A stretch of 63,684 nt of DNA, filler included, from Choristocarpus tenellus KU-1152 (Eukaryota > Protista > Phaeophyceae): the NCBI GenBank assembly GCA_964200185.2. It is 8 parts of 8 records of this genome, joined end to end, with 100 filler letters (N's around TTAATTAATTAA, not from the genome) between each part and the next. Parts side by side here need not be neighbours in the genome. Positions count along the whole stretch, not along the records: positions 11,390 to 30,056 come from CAXNAD020000526.1; 7 more parts are not named here. One strand, 5' to 3'. Shown in pieces: positions 12,986 through 24,996 of this stretch (position 1 is the first letter of the stretch; each line of letters starts with the position of its first letter). Position numbers and translations under genes: made by a program. The notes below the pieces were generated by a model. It saw only the letters and a list, made by a program, of their open reading frames with translations, ran no database searches and was not told where the DNA came from.

Positions 12986-13479
12986 GTGGTATATATAATA
13001 TAGTAGTAAAATAGCAAATAGATTGATATTTTTTACATTTGTGACATATTTTATTTCTTTAGGGCTTATACTGACATGTGGATAGTTCTCATTTGTTTTT
13101 CTTCTGACACATGTGGAAAATGCAGAGGGCATAACAGTGAAAATACGATCTAAGTTTCTGAATCTCACATTTAAAAACGTTCTAAAAAAAAATAATGGGA
13201 CTTATGGGATAGAGGAAGAATAAATGTACGTACGTATTTCATGGCCACCACTTGCACTATTATGGAGGATGTTATCCCATTCACCTTGGACCGGAAATTC
13301 CGCATGGATGTGGTCTTTCATGCTGGGGCATTTGCGGATACTGAATTGACTCCCTATTGGGACAAAGCCTCCTACTCCTGGATGTTGCTTTTACAGAAGT
13401 GCAAGCAGCTTCCCATCTAGCCCTCTCATCCACCAGCAATAGTGTACCCGCTGCTGCAGCTAAGGCGCAAAAGCGAACC

Positions 13480-14015
13480 TCAACACCTAGATGGATCATG
13501 CGTTTCAGGCTAGAGACACCACGCATATGGACAAGAAGGGGCCACTTATATTCTTGGGATGCTTCCCTAGTTCCTTGCCCAGTTGTGCAATGCCAAGCTA
13601 GGTTAGAGTCATAGCAGCAGTGTACACATAGCATTGTAATTGCCAAACTTTGAATAGCAAAAAGTCTTTGGAATGGTAAATTCTACATTTACGATAACTA
13701 CTGTTGTACCTTTGTGGGGGTCTTCGTGATAGTGGTTTGACTTTTCCCCTCACATATCTATCTGCAAAATGTGCGAGGACATAACAAAATAACGTGTTAC
13801 CATGTTATGTGACGTGTATTATATGCTATGATGACCTCTGACATTTTGCAGATGTGTCAGGGGAAACCAATGAAAAGCCAACTATACTACACCACTCCCC
13901 TCCTATGCCTCCAACCTAGCTTAGTCCTACACCACAGGGCGAGGAGCTAGGGAAGCATCCCAAGAATCTGGCAGGCTCCTCCTTACCCATCTCCCTGGTA
14001 TCTCCTTCTTAAAAT
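13480..14015. mobile_element. two CRE-type LINE 3' ends arranged tail-to-tail
   Basis: 13480-13620 (+; MRFRLETP...YSWDASLVP) and 13893-14015 (-). Each is associated with the tgacattttgcagatgtg repeat. Confidence 0.55.
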
Positions 14016-14894
14016 TCATTTCACGTCTTGATAGAGCCACTTGTGTTGTGACAGGTTGTTACCGAAATATAAGGTAAAGTAAAGGAGAACATAGCAACAC
14101 AGACAGTCTACTCCACACTGTGTATGGATAGTATGGGTGGCAGGTAGTGCTTGCTGTATTCTGCTACATACAAAGCGATATGCATTTATGTCCATGGTTG
14201 ACATCCACTAGATTGGGCACCAGGTGTTCCAAACTGGACAAGGGTATATGTGGAAGTTGGCAAGAAGCAACTACGGAGGATAAAATTATGGAACGTACTA
14301 AATATAAATATATACATATATATCATCAGGGCAGGAAATAGTGTCATGTTTGGCATCACATCTTCGAGTCATAGGGATGGAAGTAGGTGAAGGGAGAACG
14401 AGAGTAAGGTTGGAACAGAGTCTCTTGCAGACGGATATGAAGTGACAGGGATGGGCCGTCTCACAAAGAAAGAGTGGTTGATCGAAAGGGTTATTTCAGC
14501 ACACCTTTCTTCTATGGTCATATACAGCGCAGGGTATACAACAGTCACTAGATATCGGACACGCCGTTTGTACCCGTAAGATATAAAGAGTACATATCAT
14601 ACTCTGGTATATTACGCGTTTTTATAGAGAAACAAGATACACAACATCGGAAAATACAGCAGCAGGAGTACAGTATTGCCACCAAGGCATTCGCCAGGTG
14701 GGAGATACCAGGTGGCCATCATACTATGAGGGAGGTACTGAATAACACAACTTTGAGGGCACACAGCAATACTTTAGAAAAGGAAGAACAAGCAAGTATG
14801 GAGACCCTTGGCATGGGAAATGCTATTGAAGGGAAGGATTGTCGTTGAGGAGGAAAGTGATGTTGTTAGGGCTAGCCTTCATTTCCGCCTATTA

Positions 14895-14899
<5 letters not shown>

Positions 14900-14927
<28 letters not shown>
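14900..14927. repeat. (CA)n microsatellite
   Basis: Direct observation. Confidence 0.9.
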
Positions 14928-14931
<4 letters not shown>

Positions 14932-16365
14932 GCCGACTTGGCTAATTTTTTGCAAAACCTTCGTTTTAATACATCCAATTTTCTGAGACGTGCAAATGCA
15001 TCTTTTAGTGTCAAATTTCGCTTGCCCGTTGCCCACCACAGAGAGAGATGCTGACAGGATAGAAGTCAGTTCAGAGTACCCAAAGGAGATCAAATTGCAA
15101 AGGAGCAGTTGTTTAGCTCGCAAAAAGGAGAAGGGCAAGAGAATTGTCAAAGGAGGAGGGACCTGGAAGGCGGGGGAAGGGAGGGAGGACGCGTGGAGAT
15201 GCTAAGCGGGTTGGTGGACATTGATGAGAACTCACCATTTTTGACAGTCCACCCACGGTATGCAGAGACAATGGCAAATTGAGAGTGCGAATGAGGGAGA
15301 GCAAGCCATCATAGCACTCTACATAATTGCCAAGGTAAGTGGACTAATGCCAAATGAATAAACTCTACATTGAGAGAGGATATGGGAGGCAACACGTGGG
15401 AGAGGCTAGAATATAGTAGGCAGGATCATGGAAATCAGATGGCCATCATAACCTACGGCAACCAGGACAAGAAGCTATGTGGGAGAAAGAAAATACGGAC
15501 TCCCAAGTGAGAAAAGACCAGCTATCCTACTAGGGAGGAGCTGACTCTGAAGATCGGTCAGTTCATCCTCTCTGATCCTACTTGGTTTGTTAGCTGGCCC
15601 TATGGGTTGAAGAAATCAGTTGTGCAGTACATAATGGTGGGTGGCTGGTGTTAAAATAGTATAATTTGCTAGAATTGTGGTAATTAGTGTCCCAAAGAAT
15701 ATGGTTATAGCTCTATATAATTAATACTACATGATTGCATTATTATGCCCACTAACATGTTGGAGAGATTGTTATGTAGGAAAAATACGAAACGTGATGG
15801 AAAGAATACAATAAACTCAAGAGAAATAGAGCCTGGAGAAGAGGAAACAACATGATGTAAGAAACACAACAAACACAACTAACAACAGGAGAGGACTATC
15901 ACAAACACAAACCGGACAGAGTTTTAGTGTATGTAAAACGAGAAAGCTACGAAAAACACCAAGTATTGTTGAAACTATGTGTAGACTCCTGGACAGGCAC
16001 TATCAAGGTGAACAAGCAGTGGGAGCAAGCCTCTCCTAGCCCATCGACCTGGAGTCTCCATTCTTGCAATGCAAAATAACATGTCACTGTCTGGAGATTG
16101 TCAGTTGAGCAGGAGGTGACACAACCTGTCTTAGGTGTGTTTTGACTGGCCCCTTTCTACACTGAAATAACCCTCTGCCCCTGTACCACCCACAACATGA
16201 GTCTCCAGCTCACCCAGAAACTGCTCTGCCTGTTGAGGCAAAGGCGCACTAAGCTTTCCACCACGAAGGCGTTGAGGCTGAACCTCGGCATAGTGATTTC
16301 TCTTTCACCCCTCAGCTGGAGTAAATGCGGCGTCATTATTTGCTGATGGTTGTTGTAATTTGCAG

Positions 16366-16493
16366 TCCGCTTAAACATCTGTGAAGCCTACATACAAGAG
16401 CTACGTTTTCTTAGTAAGGAAGGAGCAGTGGTTACAGCAATGGAACAAACCCCAACATGTAAGACTGCATCCATACGGAGATTTGGTCAACAA
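16366..16493 (+). CDS. uncharacterised alpha-helical protein, first recognised exon
   Basis: ttgcag acceptor and CAA|gtaagg donor. Open frame RLNICEAYIQELRFLSKEG...FGQQ, phase 0 into the next exon. Confidence 0.6.
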
Positions 16494-16900
16494 GTAAGGG
16501 TTTTCCGTCTTCCAAGCTTTAGGGAACGCCAATTAAGCGAGCGCCCATCCACCTCTACTATCCACTCACTATCCACTCACTATCCGTATGTAGTGGTATG
16601 TAGAACTTAGATAATGGATGATTATGTAATATCTACTACAAAATTCGGGTACACCTTATTCTGCCCTCGATTTGAAAAGGTTTTCAGGTGTTAGGACTCA
16701 TCCACACTTCACATCCATAGCCAGTAAAGAGGATGGACCAGGAAAATGCTCTGTTGTGGAAAAGCTCAGCAGAAATGGTAGGTCCCCACCCAGGACCCAA
16801 GGAAAATGCTAGTTACAATAGGCTGGATACAAGGGTTTCATCTATGCTTCACTCTGCACAACGAGGGATACCACTCTGCAAACCATGCTGATCGTCACAG

Positions 16901-17081
16901 GTCACCACGTTCGTTCGCAATGCCGTCTCGTCTGTGATCCAGACTAGAGCAGTCCAGAATGCCACTCGGTTGCTTCGAGAAGGTGGAAATGAGATAGCGC
17001 TGAGTTCAACGACCAGCAGCATCGTTAGCTGGGCGGAGGCTATCGCCCTAAGTCCAGATAAAGGATGGACAGCCAAGTCTG
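16901..17081 (+). CDS. uncharacterised protein, exon
   Basis: cacag acceptor and G|gtgag donor. Open frame VTTFVRNAVSSVIQ...WTAKS. Confidence 0.7.
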
Positions 17082-17337
17082 GTGAGAGCTGACGGACGCT
17101 GGCAGCTTATGTGGAAGGATTCGGTATGCCGCTTGGAATGTTGTGGCTTGAGACTACTGGTGATTGTTTTGAGTGGAATATTTCCACGCCAAAGCTATGT
17201 ATGGCTGTCGCCTTCCCTTGCACCAGGCTCCGATTTTCAAGTCCTCTCTGTAGTTTGGTGCAACTTAGGACAAAGAGTAAACAAAACGCCCCAAACCATT
17301 TACTCCCTGCTCTACGTACCCTAAAATTTCCTGACAG

Positions 17338-17801
17338 ATCTCGTGATTGCTTGCTGCAGCTACCTAGAGACTTTGGCAACAAGTGATTGGGACGAATTCT
17401 GTGCCACCTCCATCGCCCTTGCTCGTCCTGTTGCTACAATAGTGGGGGCATTTGACGTTCAAAATTGTGCACCCCCACCAACTACTGGAGGTATGGGTGA
17501 GAGCAGGTGGGTGCTTCCACCATGGTTGGGTCTTCTTGGATTGGCCCTCCTGTCCTCTTGTGGCCCACGTCAACATATGTCTTTTCTTGGAGAAGAATGG
17601 GAAGGGGAAGGGGAAGAGATATTCAGAGAAGATCGAACCTCCAAGGAGTCATGGTGTAGGAAAGGAAGAGAGGAAGAGAAACGGATCCCATACTCTACCA
17701 GGCATCTGGAGAACTTTGGGCCAGGTCTAGAATGCTGCTCGGGAGGGGAGGGAGAGGGATTGTTTGTGCGCTTGACAGAGTTATGCACAGAAGTGGTGCA
17801 G
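17338..17801 (+). CDS. uncharacterised protein, exon
   Basis: ctgacag acceptor in phase 1, frame of ORF 17343-17831, CAG|gttcgt donor. Confidence 0.7.
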
Positions 17802-18929
17802 GTTCGTATTATATATATTGCCTTTCGTTGAAAGGAGATACGCCTGCCTGTAGTGTATGAGTCATTGGAGTGGTCAATGTTTCCATGTGAAGGGTGATAT
17901 GAGGTTCAGGACTAGAAAAACCCCTATGTGTTTGTCTGAAGGATGCCTTCAAAACTGTAGCCTTGAACCACCATGAATGTGAGAGCATGTGCTATTAATA
18001 GTATGGTAAAGTTATTGATGCTGAAATTCTGTTGCAACAATTCGGTGATCACTGCTGTTATTTCCATCGATCTGTAAACACTCTTTTGTTGCATATGGTG
18101 TGAAATGATACTTGCACCCAGCTGACCCTTTGACTCAGGAGTCAAGGATCAGGTCAGAATATCTCTTCATGTTCCATGGCATAGTTTTACAACAGCTATG
18201 ACCAGGTTCTTCATCTTGTGAATGTTAATTTCAAAGTAAATGTCTACCTTTATACCATTTAGAACTCTCCATCGTTTTTTTGCTCTGTCTAAAACACTGT
18301 CTACAAAGTGCACAGGAAACCAGGGCATCCACACACTTTGAAGTAAGAGCGTATATTTTCATTTGTACATGTTTATGAGTCGCTTATTATGGTCTGACAG
18401 TGTTAAGGAAGTCGTGTCATGACAAAAGTCCTAAATGAAAATGGTTTCAGTATTGACAGGGTAATCGTCCAACCTTCCCATAAGACTGTACCCGCTAATC
18501 TTGAGTCAAATCCGACTTTCATTTGTGTGACAGTTTAAGGCAGTAAAGACGAGTGATTGTTTGAAATGTCATCACCTTTCAGTTTCTCAATCCAGGCTAA
18601 TTGCTCAACATTGATGTTATGATAGAATGACCTCAAGAGTGCATCAGCCCTCCAATGTATGGAGGTTTTCTTGTCAAAGTCTCACCCCCTTCCTCTCTCT
18701 CTCTCTCTCTTCTGTTTCTGTGCCAATGGCTTGTGCATTTGTGGGTACGTGTTGCGTGGTGTGGGGTGGGGTGATATGATGTAACCTTTTTTTCAAGGCC
18801 TCTGCACAATCTGGCAGACCTGCTTGGGTGTTGTCAAGTTCTTCTGTGTTGCCTGTGTTTTGTGCATTCACTGCCAATACGGATGATACTCATAATACTC
18901 ATGATACTACACAATGCCACACAGCACAG

Positions 18930-19055
18930 TGCCACAGGCGTGTTGTAAACTATGCTGTTCGGGCCCTGGCTTCCATTGTTGCCAAGGTCCCTACCAGCAC
19001 AGCCCAAGCAGAGGGAGTCAAGGGGTCCTTGGTGGCATTGAAGGGGTGTATTGAG
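18930..19055 (+). CDS. uncharacterised protein, exon
   Basis: CHRRVVNYAVRALASIVAKV...KGCIE with GAG|gtacta donor, phase 0/0. Resembles a HEAT/ARM helix. Confidence 0.65.
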
Positions 19056-19619
19056 GTACTAGCAGAGGGAAAGTGGACTTGAGGGAGTAATATTCCCTGA
19101 GCTTCTGTGCTTTTTTTTTCACTGATAGGCTGACTTTTTTCCAGATCACTTTCAAGGTGTGGGTTTTTGTTAACAGATGGGTTGGTTTTTGCGTAGGGTT
19201 TTGGGGTTATCCAATCAAACGCATTCGCCTCTACATTTGTGACTTTGACGCTTGCTGACACGTGTTGTTAGGAAAGAGTGTACTGTTTGGTTCTTGTTGT
19301 TGAGCTTGGTGGACCCTGTGCTCTACTTGTGGAACCCCTTTGGTGTTGGTGTTGATCGTTTTCTTTGGTGTTGGTTGTGTGGTGAGGATCAAGGTGAGTG
19401 GTCACATCCTTCACGCCAGCAGTGAGCTTGGCAAATTTTGTGGGGGTTGATGTGTAACCTGGGTTGTGATGTGTGTAAGTGTGGTCATTGCAGAAGTGGC
19501 CTGACCATAGCATGTTCTGTGTCTGAAAGCCTCAATACCTTCACTCCCCCCCCCTACTCCCACTTTATGCCAAATTCCCTTTGCTACCTTGAAGCATATC
19601 CCTCACCACCTCCCTACAG

Positions 19620-19711
19620 GCCTCACATGTGTCTGTGTTATCAGCACTGATGCCGGAGGTGTTCTCTATTGTGGCTGGCATACCTGAAGGCTTGAAGAGC
19701 CTGATTTCCAG
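19620..19711 (+). CDS. uncharacterised protein, exon
   Basis: cctacag acceptor, ASHVSVLSALMPEVFSIVAGIPEGLKSLIS, AG|gtgcac donor. Phase 2 matches the next exon. Confidence 0.65.
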
Positions 19712-20022
19712 GTGCACTCTCTTCCCTTCCAACACTGTCCATTAAGTCTTCTTCAACCCCTACATTGCTACACTCTGTACCTGTCCACATCCCTAACCCT
19801 TCATGATGTAGCCCCTGGATGCATGCATTGTCCCATTGTCCCATTGCTTAATTGCATATTCACAATTTACTTGTCATCCTTCAACCCTCCTTCCCAGTGA
19901 TGCATACCACCCAGTCCTGTGCCTCGTCATCCCCCCCCCCCCCCCAAAATCCTGCCAACAACTCCCCATACAAATTTCTTTCTGCATCCTCTCACATGTG
20001 ACTCCTCCTCCCTCCCTGCCAG

Positions 20023-20884
20023 GAGCAAAAAGGGAAATCGTAAAGCTTACACTACAGCCCGTATTTTTTGTCAGGATGTAAGAGCTGCAGCGGTGGCATG
20101 TGCTCGTACAATGGTGAGTTGTGCAGGGTGTGTGATGATCCCTTCCAATCCAGAGGCATTCATGCATCATGCAGTACAGTCACTGGGGTCACCATTGCTC
20201 CTGGCTGACGGAGTGAAGTCACTTGCAGACATGGTTGCTGTGGATGGTATTGACAGTGACATCGGGGCAGGGGTAGAAGGTGGAGAACAGTTATCTCAAG
20301 GGCGAGAAAAAGAGGAGGAGAGGGGAGATGCTGAGGTATTGGAAGGCGCTCGTAAGGCGTTACATGTTGTTGTTCTGCCAGGGGCAGTCGAACTCATTTG
20401 TAAGGCGTTATCTACAATAGATCGATACAGTGCCAGTGCTGCTGGGGATGTCTTGGAGGCTGCAGCTATTTTGGCTACGGCTGGGGGGGTCAATCTGGCG
20501 CCATACCTTGACCGCCTTGGCAATGCTGTTGTGGGGGCGGCTAAGAATGATGACAAGATTGGTACACGCCTTCGAAGTTGTTTGTGGGTAGTGCGCTGCT
20601 TATGTGGGGAGCCAAAGAGGTTAATTAGGGAGACTAGTGGTGAAGTTAATGGCAGCAGTGTCAGTGACTGTGGCAGGCTCTGGGAAATGAAGTCCGTGCC
20701 AGGCAGTGAGGGGTGCTGTCATAGTAGGCGCTTTGTGGAAGATGTGATCATCATGGCATGTGATGCCATCCAGCGGGAGTGGGAGGAGGCGAGTTGGGGT
20801 GAGGCAGGGAGGAGTGTGGTGAGGGACCAGGACAGAATAAATCCAGGCCAAGCAAGAGAGGAGGGCAAGGATGAGGGTCAAGGA
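20023..20884 (+). CDS. uncharacterised protein, large exon
   Basis: Within the 347-aa ORF. ccctgccag acceptor in phase 2; GGA|gtgagt donor chosen to fit phase. Confidence 0.75.
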
Positions 20885-21069
20885 GTGAGTAAGGGCAAGG
20901 GAGGTGGTCATGTGTCTTTGTTGGGTTTGTGTACGTGGGAGTTGAATTGTCCAATTTTGTAGGTTAAAGTTAGCCTACATTACAAATGATCCAATCCTGG
21001 AATGTCGTTCATTACCTCAGTTCTATCCACGAATGATGCACTCAACTCTCCAAATTATATTATCCTCAG

Positions 21070-21412
21070 GCCGAAACTGCGTTGGAGGCACAGCTAACCC
21101 TCCGGGCTATTCTAAGGTCAGGGCTGGGCCTTTCCTGCCCAGTAGGAGTCAGTCTTGACATGAAAGAGAGTGGACTAGATAGCAACGGATGCTGGGAGAA
21201 GGGGGGAGGAGTGAAGGAGGGGAAATGGACAGAAATTGCCATCCGCTTGGGCTCTCTAGCAGAGGTGTTGGCTTCTCAAGTTGAAGCCACCAAGTTGACT
21301 GGCATTGCAGCTTTGGGGGAGGAGGAGGTGGCCTTGCTGAGCCAGGGGGTGGAGCTCCTTGGAGAAGGCATTGCTAAGGGCTATTGTGTGATGGGTGCAG
21401 GGAGGAAAGAAG
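21070..21412 (+). CDS. uncharacterised protein, exon
   Basis: tcctcag acceptor, AETALEAQLTLRAIL..., G|gtgag donor. Confidence 0.7.
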
Positions 21413-22718
21413 GTGAGATGTTAACCTAAGTTCTGCTCCGATTAAAATGATAGTACCATGATACTTCTCTTCAAAGTACTTCTCTTCAAAGTAAGTACTT
21501 CATCAACACCCAAAACTCTCGAATGTTTGAAGGTGTATTGTTACAGGCTGATTGTTTGTTTGTATTTGCTCAGTTTTTGTGTGTATCAACCTATCTATGA
21601 TTGCTGTTGCTCCCTCTCACTTCCCATCTTTGCTGCAGTCAAGGTAATGCAGGATGCTATGTTCCCCTCCCTGCCTATTAGAATCCTGCTTCTGCTGATA
21701 CCACCCTGAGCTCTACGCTCTATGATCAAGACCCAACCCTCAATATCCTTATGCTGGGAACCCCTTACTCCTATCTGAATCCTGGGTTGGACCTCCATTA
21801 TATTCTTTAACACCAAAAAAATACCTTAGTGTACTATTTTTTGTTGGCTAACATTGCAGTGCCGACATGATAACCAACTGTCATGGCAATGATACCATAA
21901 GGTTTTGGGATATTTTTCTGCATTTTTCTACTCAACGGGTATTTTGTTGGTTCAGTCCACTTCAGTCCACTTCTCGATGCTATATTGGCAATTTTTTTTT
22001 TTTTCACCAGAGACTTTCGACTTCCAAACTTCTGTCAACTTCTGTCACGGAAAATGAATGTTCTAGAGACATGGATTTACGTTTTTATTACTAGATGTGT
22101 TGTTTGGCACAAATATTGGTGTCAATACCTTTCTGAAAGTGTTATTTTAGTGTGTAAATTAAAGTGTGTCTCCTTGCTTCAAGTAAAACACTCTACAAGT
22201 ACATTCATGTATACTTAGCAAGTATGGAATTTCACAAGGCTATCAAACAAGTTTTTGGGTAGCTGAGCTCAGTATTTAATCGGCCCCTAAGATATAGCAA
22301 GTAGGAGAATTGCAAGATCTTGGTTGTAGGATAGTCTGTTGACAAGTACAGTAAAGATAATATACTGTAGGAGCTATCGCCAGGTGCAAAGCAGTGGATA
22401 TCTGCAACATTCCTAATACCACTCCCATTCCATGAAAAACAGTCTGGTAGTGATGGGATTTGAACCCACAATGTTGATGCAAAAAGAGAGAAAAATGAAC
22501 TTCTTATAGAGTGGCCCGGATTAGCTACTAAAACGTATTTTGATGTTACCTAGTCTATATTATGGGGTAACCCCCCCTTGCAGTACCACTGCATAATTGC
22601 AGTTTGTTGGTGCTTATCCAACACCTAACCATTCCTACTCACTCTCCTCTCCAACCTCGCACCTTGTGTCCATAAGTGAGCCTCATTTTTTACATTTTCC
22701 CTGTGTTTGCTGCAATAG

Positions 22719-22846
22719 TGACTCCATTTATGGCAACTGGAGAGCATGCCATGGCAAGAATCATGCATGCTGCTAGCGACCCAGGCTTGCATGAAGTACT
22801 TAAAGATGCTTGTGAAAGAGCAAATGCCATGCGTACATATGCTTGA
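22719..22846 (+). CDS. uncharacterised protein, probable terminal exon
   Basis: Pyrimidine tract and caatag acceptor in phase 1. VTPFMATGEHAMARIMHAASDPGLHEVLKDACERANAMRTYA then TGA. Confidence 0.6.
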
Positions 22847-24996
22847 TCCTCTTTCAATAGATAGGAGTGGACTGGATTATGTGCCACAGATGCTACCCAT
22901 TTATGTGATTTTCAGTACACCTTGCTGTCCTACTGGTATCTGAACCAAGGTTTTGGTAGCGGATTGAGGGTGCTCTTGGTGTGATCATATTTCATGATTG
23001 GGGGAGTTGTCATAATGCATGCATTTTTGTGCCTCTTTAGACATTGAGCAATGCAACACTTGGTGCACTTGGCCTTGCATGCATGTACATCACCATGCAT
23101 GGAACCATCTGAAACACAATGCAACAGGTGAACCTTAAAGCTCTAGGACAATATTGGTTTATGTTAGATCAGACTCAATTATCAGGTTGGTCCAGCAAGT
23201 TCACCTTTCATCTTCAAATGAAGTGCATACAAAATCAGGATTGCGTAAGATTTTTTGGGTTCACTTTTTATCAATTCCTTGTGTAGTGTCTTTGGAAGGT
23301 AGTGAGGGGTGTTTTGCAATCTGTAGCCTTGTGTGAACACCATGCTTTGGGCTCATAACTGGCTTTATTTAATCGCCGTTTTGGGAATTGTTTTGTGGAA
23401 GAGCTCCTTTGAAGGGAAACATGTCTCAAGTTATATATCGACCTTAGCATTGACCTTCAGTGAGACAAGTGTAGGCATTGCAACATTTTGTATGGCATCG
23501 AACAAAGCATTGGTCAATGGTATATGAAGTCCCTGCAGTAGAGGCTTACACTTTGCAGAGGTATTGGGTCAGAACCTTTCATTGGGGCAAAGGAGTCCCA
23601 TAGACACTTTTATTTCTTAATTGTACTATAAAGGAGAAAGGGTCGCGATTTTGCTGCTAATGGAGAGCAACTCAGGCGACATGGTGTGTACATCTCAATT
23701 ACAGTTACACATTTTTTACAGTGCCCAGGAGGGGTTAATTGTCATTAAATAACTTAATGTGTGTGACTGGCACTTCATACAGCACTACAGGTACAAAATA
23801 AACTGCATCTCAAAGGACCAAAGAGTCAACTCCAAAGGTACTAATACAAAGACACAAGCAACCAAGACAGAATAAAGATATACACAGCATAAAGTTGCAT
23901 TGGTAGAGAGACTCTCAAGATGCCTGCAAGTTGGTGTGGCATAACTGTTGTATGTTAAATAAACTTACTCTACAAAGCTCTGAACAGGAAAGTGTGTGGA
24001 GATGGGGCATTTAAACTCGAAAACCTATTTTATAAGACCTGTGCTACCTCCGACTCCCCCAGTGCCCATTTGCACGCGCTCTATCTTGGTATTGTTGGAT
24101 CCATTGGTCAACTATTATAGAGGGCAAATCTCACCACTATCTCCTTTCAACAATAATGTTGCTGTTTATAGTTTTTACCACTACCCACTCAACAGTCCCA
24201 CCACCCTAGAGGGCACTGGATACTGGTCAAACTTTGATAGCCCTGCTTTCAGAATTGGTGTCCACTCTCCCCCGAACACCAAATTTGCTCATGAAAAGAC
24301 TTGAACAGGTGCACTCTGGCACAACATATGGTCCACTATCCTCACTACTTATCCTTGTTAGGAACATCCTCCTCCCTTCATACTGCACATCCCCCTCTCC
24401 CTTATCTCCTCAAAGGTCACCTATGGTGCATCATGTCCTTGTATGCTGTCTTCTTTAACCCTTTCCTCATCGTCAGGTGAGGGAGGATGGGTAGAGTCTT
24501 GGAACAGTGATCCACTCTTGTCATAACATGGATAATGATGGTAAAGAAACCACAGGGAGGGGGGTTGATGAGTTGAAGATATATAGGATTAAGAATTGGC
24601 TGTATTTATGGTAGGGGGTATTGAAAAAGTGCTGTTACAATGTGAAAAGTTTTTCTTTTTAAAGGCACGACTCCTTCCAATACATGAAATTAAAAATAAA
24701 ACGCAACTTCCTGTCACAGTTGACAATGGGCCACAACCAGGATGAGCAATGAGTATGTTGCTTCCATCTTGCCCATTTAATCTCCATCTTCAATTGTATC
24801 AAGATATCAATGAGTTGAGCATACCAACTGCAGGGGAGAAGGGGGGAGCGGACACGATTAACTTTATATAAGCAATTGTACCGGTAAGTTAATCTACTGA
24901 TGTCAATGTGGAAGGGGGGTGAAGGAGGGCAAAGTTTGGAATACATTCAAGGTGAGATGATGAGATAACAACTTCTATCACAGCAGCATATCACTC

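Noticed and set aside
14300-15600. Purine-rich tract that could be a retroelement relic (also 34300-35450)
   Set aside because: No diagnostic motif could be read, so it is left unannotated.
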